DNA of 64,000 nucleotides from Candidatus Omnitrophota bacterium (GTDB lineage Bacteria; Omnitrophota; Gorgyraeia; Zapsychrales; Fredricksoniimonadaceae): NCBI GenBank assembly GCA_030650275.1, contig JAUSEK010000021.1, positions 20,106 to 84,105 of the forward strand, read 5' to 3'. Shown piece by piece: positions 57,613 to 64,000 of this stretch (position 1 is its first letter; each line of letters starts with the position of its first letter). The notes under the pieces were generated by a model. It saw only the letters and a program-made list of their open reading frames with translations, ran no database searches and was not told where the DNA came from. The position numbers and the translations under genes were made by a program.

Positions 57613-58287
57613 TTATTTTTCTAATTGTGTTTTATAAACCTGGGCCGCTAAAATGCCGCCCAACACCGGCCCCACCCAATAGATCCAGATGTTCTGCAAA
57701 CCGCCGCCTAAAAGCGCCGGACCCAGATGACGGGCCGGGTTCATGGCCGCTCCGGAGATCGGCCCTCCCATCAAAACGCCCAAAGCCACCGCCAAGCCGA
57801 TGAACAGGCCGCCGACCTTGGGAGCGCGCGCGTCCACGGCCGTGCCGTAAACAACAAAAACCAAAAAGAACGTCAAAATGATCTCGGTGATCAGGCCCAT
57901 GCTCGCGGAAACACCATTACCCAAAGCCGGTGTCCCCATATTCACCGTGGCCAATGCTTCGGCCGGGACCGCCATTTTAATAAGGAAGGCCGCGGCAATG
58001 GCGCCCAAACATTGAGCAGCCACGTAACCGGCGGCATTGACCGTATCGATCTTTTTGGCTGTCCAAAGACCGATGGTCACCGCGGGATTCAAATGGCCGC
58101 CGCTGATCGCCGCGGTCGCGGAGATCATCACCGCGATCGCCAGGCCATGCGCCAGCCCAATGCCTGTCAGGCCCAATGCCCCGGCGGTGATATGGTCAGC
58201 GGCAATGGCGCCCACACCGATAAAGATCAGGGTGAATGTGCCGATGAATTCAGCGATCAAGGCTTTATTGTTCATTTTCTTGCTCAT
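57613..58287 (-). CDS. Aquaporin (MIP family)
   Basis: AEFIGTF, SGGHLNPAVT, AMNPAR. Confidence 0.95.
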   Translation of the reverse strand: MSKKMNNKALIAEFIGTFTLIFIGVGAIAADHITAGALGLTGIGLAHGLAIAVMISATAAISGGHLNPAVTIGLWTAKKIDTVNAAGYVAAQCLGAIAAAFLIKMAVPAEALATVNMGTPALGNGVSASMGLITEIILTFFLVFVVYGTAVDARAPKVGGLFIGLAVALGVLMGGPISGAAMNPARHLGPALLGGGLQNIWIYWVGPVLGGILAAQVYKTQLEK

Positions 58288-58349
58288 AAAATCCTCCTGG
58301 TATGATTAGGGAAAGAATTATTACAATCTTTGTCCACTTTGTCAATCGA

Positions 58350-58358
58350 TGTTATAAT
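58350..58358 (+). promoter_or_regulatory. Extended -10 promoter of the thioesterase gene
   Basis: TG-T-TATAAT, 6 nt before ATG 58365. Confidence 0.55.
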
Positions 58359-58364
58359 CGGCTT

Positions 58365-58772
58365 ATGTTCACGTACAAAACCAGGATCCATCTGCATGAT
58401 ACCGACGCGTTCGGCGTCATTTTCTTCGCCAATCAATTCAAGATCGTCCACGACGCCTATGAAATGTTTCTGGAGAAACTTGATTTCGGTTTCCCGGCCA
58501 TGCTCAAAAGCGGGCGTTATTTCCTGCCCATTGTCCACGCGGAATCAGATTACAAAACTGCTTTGACCGTCGGTGACTCCCTCCATATCACCATCAGGGT
58601 CGGACACATCGGCCGGACATCCTTTGCCTTTGAATACGTCATCCGCCGCGGCAACGCCATTGTCGGGACGGCCAAAACCGTCCATGTCACCATCCACCCC
58701 AAAACCGGCAAGAAAACACCTTTACCAGCTTCCCTGCGCCGGGCTTTAGAAAAATACTCAAAAACGTCCTAA
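58365..58772 (+). CDS. 4HBT-family thioesterase, likely DHNA-CoA hydrolase
   Basis: HDTDAFGVIFF, LPIVHAESDY; convergent on the men operon. Confidence 0.8.
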   Translation: MFTYKTRIHLHDTDAFGVIFFANQFKIVHDAYEMFLEKLDFGFPAMLKSGRYFLPIVHAESDYKTALTVGDSLHITIRVGHIGRTSFAFEYVIRRGNAIVGTAKTVHVTIHPKTGKKTPLPASLRRALEKYSKTS

Positions 58773-60080
58773 GCGGACAACCAGGTCTTGCCGCGAAATT
58801 TTCATGCCCTGCTCCAGATCCTGCGGCCATGGATAAAAAACATCCGGTATCTTAAAACGCGGCAGTTCTTTTTTAAGGATATCTGTTAAATATTCAGGGT
58901 CGATCGTCTGCCCGTAAAATTTAACAAAAGCCACAGGCCGATGGCCGAATTCCTTGTCCTCTTTGGGCACAACCACGGCCTGCTCCACCCCTTCAATGGC
59001 CAACAGCGCCCTCTCAATTTCCTCCGGCTGTATATTTTCCCCGCCGGAAATGAACATATTGTCCTTGCGGCCAAGCACCGTTAAACATCCTTGGGCGTCC
59101 AAAACTCCCAAATCCCCGGTTTGAAACCATCCATCAGGCGTCAGCGGCAAATGCAAGCGCGGCCCGGCCACGTATCCTTTGAACAAGGTCTCGCCTTTGA
59201 CTAAGATCTCCCCGTCGGAGGCAATGCGCATTTTCCGGTACGGCAAAACCTTCGCGCACGGAGTTTTTGCATCCGCGGGTTTTCCGGTCGCTACCTGTGA
59301 AGACATTTCCGTCAAACCGTAACTAAGGTGAACCGGTAAAGCCAGGGACAAAGAACGCTCGATCAAATTTTTCCCAATGGCGCTGCCGCCAAGCAAAATG
59401 CATTTTAAGGACTTTAAAACCGGGTGGTTTTTGGGATCCTCCAGCATCCGATACAATTGCGCAGGGACCAAGGAAACATGTGTGGCCTGGTTGCGTTCAA
59501 TGGCACAAATTAAATCCTTGTCTGTTGCAATGATCACAGACGCGCCGGCCAAAAAACAACGCACAATAACAGCAATGCCCGCCACATGATACAAAGGCAA
59601 AGACAACACCCACCGGTCTGATGCCGTCAACGGGATCATCTCTTGCGACCCCTTGGCGCTGTAAAAATGATTACCCCACGTATGCACCGCGGCTTTAGGT
59701 TCACCGCTGGTGCCGGAGGTGGCGATCACCGTGACTTCCTGGTCCAGGGCAAGATCATCACCGGAAACAGCCGGCGCGGGTTGGCGCGCATCAAAACAAA
59801 CCGCCTTTTGGACATCGCCTCCCTTAAAAAAATGACGGACATTGATCCGAGCGCTATAGGCGTCCGCCATTTTAGAAGGCCAATGGGGATCAACGGGGCA
59901 AGCCACGACTTTCATCCGCCATAAAGACAAAAGCAAAACAATGTATTCCGCGCTTGTGGGAGCGCTTAATGCCACACGCTCGCCCGCCTTGATACCCATG
60001 CCCTTCAATTGCCGGACGCAGGAAGAAATATGCGCATCCAGTTGAGGCCTTTGAATACGCCGCGTGCCCCAGATGATCAT
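58758..60080 (-). CDS. menE: o-succinylbenzoate--CoA ligase
   Basis: TSGTSGEPKA, SYGLTEMSSQ, TGDLG, FISGGENIQPEEIE. Confidence 0.92.
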   Translation of the reverse strand: MIIWGTRRIQRPQLDAHISSCVRQLKGMGIKAGERVALSAPTSAEYIVLLLSLWRMKVVACPVDPHWPSKMADAYSARINVRHFFKGGDVQKAVCFDARQPAPAVSGDDLALDQEVTVIATSGTSGEPKAAVHTWGNHFYSAKGSQEMIPLTASDRWVLSLPLYHVAGIAVIVRCFLAGASVIIATDKDLICAIERNQATHVSLVPAQLYRMLEDPKNHPVLKSLKCILLGGSAIGKNLIERSLSLALPVHLSYGLTEMSSQVATGKPADAKTPCAKVLPYRKMRIASDGEILVKGETLFKGYVAGPRLHLPLTPDGWFQTGDLGVLDAQGCLTVLGRKDNMFISGGENIQPEEIERALLAIEGVEQAVVVPKEDKEFGHRPVAFVKFYGQTIDPEYLTDILKKELPRFKIPDVFYPWPQDLEQGMKISRQDLVVRLGRF

Positions 60081-61105
60081 CGCAGTTTTTCCTTACGGAT
60101 AATACCGCCGGCGTCGGCAAGCGGCTCGACGCCTTTGAGCCAGCGCTCAGTCCCCAGACCAGCGGTTGTTCCGGTCAAACACGCCAGATTGGCCAAGACC
60201 TTTAACCCCACGGGTGATTCAAAGGCGGAGCTGATGACCACCTTCTTCCCGTTGCGGCGGGCATTTTCCATCCAATCCAGGCACGGAATGATACCGCCTA
60301 AAACGGTCGGTTTTAAAACATAATACTTCACGGCTTGGCTGTCAACAGACAGGGACAATGTTTCATCCAGGGCCACCGGCATCTGCGCGGCCTGATAAAA
60401 TTCCCCTATTTTTCCCATATCGCTCAACGGTTCTTCAATGAATTCAATTTGCGCGCGGCCGGCCAGATCAACGAACAGCAGGGCTTCTTTTAGACCCCAC
60501 ACGCGGTTGCCGTCCAAACGGATGCTCCCCTGCCTGCCGATGAGGGCCCGTAAGTCCCGCACTTTCTTGACATCCAAAGGAATATTGCGACTCCCCACTT
60601 TTAATTTGAAGACCTGATAACCGCGGCCGCTTAAAATCCGCGCGTCGGCGAGAACCTGCTCATGCGAGCCCTGCAATAAAGCCGCGGTGGGCACGTCTTG
60701 CAAAATGCCGCCCAAGAATTCCGCCAAAGAAACAGCGCGCGCACCCGCCGCCAGACCAAACAATACGGATTCCACTCCGAAACGCACCGACGGACAAAGC
60801 CCGGAAAAAGCAGAATCCCTCAAAGAGGTGATCAATCCGTCTTTATCCAAAACAACCTTAAAGTCCTTCAAATGGGATCGGGCTTCAACCAGATCGTGAT
60901 GGGCTTTCTTGAGCGTTTCAACACTCACGCCCGGCAAAGGGGCGATCTCCCCGCGGGCTTTCAAACCATTGGATGCAATGATTTCAAGGATATATCCGGT
61001 GCGCTGGTTGAGCGTCGTACCGGCAAACATAAAAGGGTTTTGAAAATCAAATGTGTAGGGAACGATCGAGGATCGGACAACGGTCAGCGGCTGCACAACA
61101 CCCAC
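60077..61105 (-). CDS. menC: o-succinylbenzoate synthase
   Basis: GEIAPLPG, KLKVG, RLDGN, IEEP, ALDE, KPT, SSAFES. Confidence 0.9.
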   Translation of the reverse strand: MGVVQPLTVVRSSIVPYTFDFQNPFMFAGTTLNQRTGYILEIIASNGLKARGEIAPLPGVSVETLKKAHHDLVEARSHLKDFKVVLDKDGLITSLRDSAFSGLCPSVRFGVESVLFGLAAGARAVSLAEFLGGILQDVPTAALLQGSHEQVLADARILSGRGYQVFKLKVGSRNIPLDVKKVRDLRALIGRQGSIRLDGNRVWGLKEALLFVDLAGRAQIEFIEEPLSDMGKIGEFYQAAQMPVALDETLSLSVDSQAVKYYVLKPTVLGGIIPCLDWMENARRNGKKVVISSAFESPVGLKVLANLACLTGTTAGLGTERWLKGVEPLADAGGIIRKEKLR

Positions 61106-61959
61106 CCCGCGGAAAACAAAACGCTGTAGACCAAAAGCAAAACGCCGGTGCGGGCGAGGATTTTATTTAATACGGCGCCTTGGCCGGTAAAGACCGTCTG
61201 GACAGCGCCGATGGCCATAATGCCGACGAGCGAAGCGGCCGCGATGGCGTCATGGTCCTTGGTGATCAAATTCACGGCAAAAGGGGTCAGCGACGCGGCC
61301 ATGATGCAAACAAGATACTCCCTGGCGGCAAAGGCCTTTCCAAAACGCACGGCCAGCGTCATCTTGCCTGCTTTTGCGTCACCGTCAATGTCCCTCAAAT
61401 TGTTGACAGCCAAAATGGCGCAGGATAAGAATCCGGTCCCCAAGCCGGCCACCACAACGGCCATGTTGATCTCCAGGGCCTGAACAAAATATGTTCCCGC
61501 AACGGCAACAGGGCCGAAAAATATAAAAACAAACAACTCTCCTAATCCCATGTAGGCCAAAGGCCTGGGCCCGGCCGTATAAAAAATACCGGACAGGACC
61601 GAAACAACACCGATGATGGCAATGGCGCTGCCGCCACGAAATACCAGATAAACGCACGCCAGTGCCGCCAAAAGAAAAACAAGGATGGCCGCAGAGATCA
61701 TCGCGCGCGCAGATACTAAACCGGCCTGTGTGGCGCGCACGGGTCCTAAACGGTCCAAGGTATCCGCGCCTTTCTTAAAATCACAATAATCATTGGTGAA
61801 ATTGGTGGCGATCTGAATGCACAACGCCCCAAAAAGCGCGGCCAATGCCGATGGGAAATGCCCCACGCCGTCGCCGAAGGCCATGGCTGTGCCGATCATG
61901 ACCGGGGCTATGGCCGCGGGCAGGGTTTTAGGACGACTGGCTAAGATCCATGGATCCAT
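61084..61959 (-). CDS. menA: DHNA prenyltransferase
   Basis: RPKTLPAA, NDYCDFKKGAD, NNLRDIDGD, KMTLAV. Confidence 0.93.
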   Translation of the reverse strand: MDPWILASRPKTLPAAIAPVMIGTAMAFGDGVGHFPSALAALFGALCIQIATNFTNDYCDFKKGADTLDRLGPVRATQAGLVSARAMISAAILVFLLAALACVYLVFRGGSAIAIIGVVSVLSGIFYTAGPRPLAYMGLGELFVFIFFGPVAVAGTYFVQALEINMAVVVAGLGTGFLSCAILAVNNLRDIDGDAKAGKMTLAVRFGKAFAAREYLVCIMAASLTPFAVNLITKDHDAIAAASLVGIMAIGAVQTVFTGQGAVLNKILARTGVLLLVYSVLFSAGWVLCSR

Positions 61960-61961
61960 AC

Positions 61962-62786
61962 CTAGGGACGCTTGGGGAATTTGGAAAAATCGGGTTTGCG
62001 TTTCTGCATGAAAGCGTTGCGGCCTTCCTGGCCTTCTTGTGTCATATAAAAAAGCATGGTGGCATTGCCGGCGAGTTCCTGCAGACCGGCCTGCCCGTCG
62101 CAGTCGGCATTCAAGGCCGCTTTAAGACAACGGATGGCCATCGGTGAATTGGCAAGAATTTCTTTGCACCAGCCCACGGTTTCCTGTTCCAGACGCGCGT
62201 AAGGAACAACGGTATTGACCAGGCCCATGTCCAGGGCCTGTTTGGCATTATACTGGCGGCACAAGAACCATATTTCCCGCGCCTTTTTTTGCCCGACAAT
62301 ACGCGCCATATAACTGGCACCATATCCGCCGTCAAAAGAACCGACCTTGGGACCGGTCTGGCCGAACTTTGCATTGTCCGCGGCAATGGAAAGGTCGCAC
62401 AATAAATGCAGAATATGCCCGCCGCCCACCGCGTAACCGGCGATCATGGCGATGATGGGTTTGGGGCAGGTGCGCATTTGCCGCTGGAAATCCAGGACAT
62501 TGAGGCGATTGACCCCTTTGGCATCCTTATACCCGGCATTCCCGCGGATGCTCTGGTCTCCGCCGGAACAGAACGCTTCCTTGCCCTCGCCCGTCAGGAT
62601 AACGACCCCGGTCTTGTCATCCATGCGCGCGTCATTGAGGGCATGGGACATCTCATCCACGGTCTGGGGGCGGAACGCATTGCGCATCCGGGGACGGTTG
62701 ATGGTGATCTTGGCAATGCCGTCCATCTTGTGGTATTTGATGTCTTCGTATTGACCCGCATTGATCCAATGGAATTTCTTAGGCAT
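61962..62786 (-). CDS. menB: DHNA-CoA synthase
   Basis: [23 protein letters not shown]. Confidence 0.97.
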   Translation of the reverse strand: MPKKFHWINAGQYEDIKYHKMDGIAKITINRPRMRNAFRPQTVDEMSHALNDARMDDKTGVVILTGEGKEAFCSGGDQSIRGNAGYKDAKGVNRLNVLDFQRQMRTCPKPIIAMIAGYAVGGGHILHLLCDLSIAADNAKFGQTGPKVGSFDGGYGASYMARIVGQKKAREIWFLCRQYNAKQALDMGLVNTVVPYARLEQETVGWCKEILANSPMAIRCLKAALNADCDGQAGLQELAGNATMLFYMTQEGQEGRNAFMQKRKPDFSKFPKRP

Positions 62787-63092
62787 TTATTTGTACCTTG
62801 GTATGAGATGAAAATGCGCGTGCATGACCACCTGGCCGGCGGCAGGTCCGCAATTGGCCGTGACATTATACCCATCGGGGCCGTGCTCTTTCTGGACAAT
62901 GGCCTTGGCCTTGGCCAACAGATCAAAAGCGGCGTTCAATTCCGCGGGTGTTGACTCGAACACCGTCGCGTGATGGCGTTTGAGCACGACCAGCATATGT
63001 CCTTTGGTGATCGGCTTGATGTCATACAACGCGTAGGCCAGATCATTTTCCAGGACCTTGGGCAAATTCTTGCAAAACACGCAATCCGTCAT
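62787..63092 (-). CDS. HIT family hydrolase
   Basis: CVFC, GQVVMHAHFH. Confidence 0.9.
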   Translation of the reverse strand: MTDCVFCKNLPKVLENDLAYALYDIKPITKGHMLVVLKRHHATVFESTPAELNAAFDLLAKAKAIVQKEHGPDGYNVTANCGPAAGQVVMHAHFHLIPRYK

Positions 63093-63102
63093 GGGGTTTG
63101 TT

Positions 63103-63381
63103 TCAGACCTTCAGGGACCGTTGGAGCTCTTCCACGTCTTTCCTGGCCCTGGTCATGGGGACGTTAAAAATATCACAATAAACACGGGTGGCCAGTTCTT
63201 TTTCCCCTTCCATCAAAAGATACCGGACATCATACATGGTGGCCTTGCCTTTGGTGGGAAGTCTGCCGCGCCGGCGCGCGTCATTGATGGACCAAATACG
63301 GTAGATGTTCAAAAACACCAAAAAACAGACCAGAATAATAAGGATGGTGTACAACGCGGCCATAAGCACCTCCTGATTCAT
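63103..63381 (-). CDS. Hypothetical single-TM protein
   Basis: N-terminal TM helix; ATG overlaps the xseB stop. Confidence 0.7.
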   Translation of the reverse strand: MNQEVLMAALYTILIILVCFLVFLNIYRIWSINDARRRGRLPTKGKATMYDVRYLLMEGEKELATRVYCDIFNVPMTRARKDVEELQRSLKV

Positions 63382-63593
63382 CCGTTGTCCTTGGCTTCTT
63401 TGGCGAAATCTTCAACCACTTTCTTGACTTCCATCTCGGCCTTGTTGATCCTGGCCTTGCAGACCTTGATGAGCTCCACCGCTTCCTTGACCTTCACCGA
63501 CAACTCGTCCACGTCAATGTCTTCGCTCTCGATCTGGCCTATGATCTCATCCAGGCGCTCAACAGCTTTCGCGTATTTGATGTCCTGGGCCAT
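63378..63593 (-). CDS. xseB: Exodeoxyribonuclease VII small subunit
   Basis: YAKAVERLDEIIGQIE...LIKVCKARINKAE. Confidence 0.85.
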   Translation of the reverse strand: MAQDIKYAKAVERLDEIIGQIESEDIDVDELSVKVKEAVELIKVCKARINKAEMEVKKVVEDFAKEAKDNG

Positions 63594-63597
63594 GTCC

Positions 63598-64000
63598 TTA
63601 ACGGACCTTCCTGACCTCGGCGGTAAAAACACCGTTGGCCAGTTCGGTCGTGATCTCCTGTTTCGGTTTTAAAACAGCGGTGGACCTGACGGCCTTGCCG
63701 CGGCCATCGCGGGTGATGCTAAAACCCCGCTTGAGCGTGTTCTTCGGGTCAGCCATTTCCGCCAATTTTTGATATGCCTGTATTTTAGCCCGTGAATTTT
63801 GAAGGCGCAAATGAATTGTTTTCTTTAGCCCATCGCCGCGGGAAGCCAGCGCCAAACGGGATGCCTTGGCCACCGTGACCGGCACCCGGATCAAGGTCTC
63901 GATCCTGCGCGCCATGTGTTCGTGATGCGCTTTAAAGAAATCCTTAGTTCCGGACTGCAAAGCCAGGGCGCGGGACTGAAGGTCGCCCAAAAATTCCCGC
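63598..64000 (-). CDS. xseA: Exodeoxyribonuclease VII large subunit (C-terminal part)
   Basis: DPKNTLKRGFSI...ELANG C-terminus; upstream of xseB. Confidence 0.85.
   Translation of the reverse strand, partial: REFLGDLQSRALALQSGTKDFFKAHHEHMARRIETLIRVPVTVAKASRLALASRGDGLKKTIHLRLQNSRAKIQAYQKLAEMADPKNTLKRGFSITRDGRGKAVRSTAVLKPKQEITTELANGVFTAEVRKVR

Overview
Bacterial chromosomal segment, almost all on the minus strand. The gene repertoire suggests a PVC-superphylum organism, probably Ca. Omnitrophota (inference): Chlamydia-like RNR, GuaB3, SpoVG, PilZ proteins, 7TM histidine kinases. The housekeeping backbone is recR-dnaX-tex, tadA, serS, mrdA-mreD, ybeY-phoH, aspS-hisS-HU-dnaE, guaA-guaB3, groESL with CIRCE, coaX-uvrB, nrdAB with NrdR boxes, sodA-tpx-aquaporin, menB/A/C/E plus a DHNA-CoA thioesterase, and xseAB. 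Four tRNAs are present: Ser-GCT, Arg-ACG, Ser-CGA and Ser-TGA. Main accessory findings: (1) A five-gene operon, FadL porin > divergent FabZ-like hotdog protein > 7TM-GAF histidine kinase > receiver > GAF-HD-GYP. The enzyme gene and the kinase sensor region form one AT-rich cassette, so this is a candidate new fatty-acid quorum-sensing system with c-di-GMP output. (2) A Sec-exported TPR/PT-TG polymorphic toxin with an ADP-ribosyltransferase-like tip and an immunity gene, inserted after mrdA. (3) A c-di-GMP-I riboswitch abutting the start of a large secreted protein. (4) tRNA-linked structured repeats, and twin tRNA-Ser genes around an internally deleted tyrosine recombinase. (5) A class Ic (Mn/Fe) ribonucleotide reductase. 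(6) Several palindromic repeat families, some inserted in frame into genes. All protein calls come from motif recognition by eye; no database searches were run.
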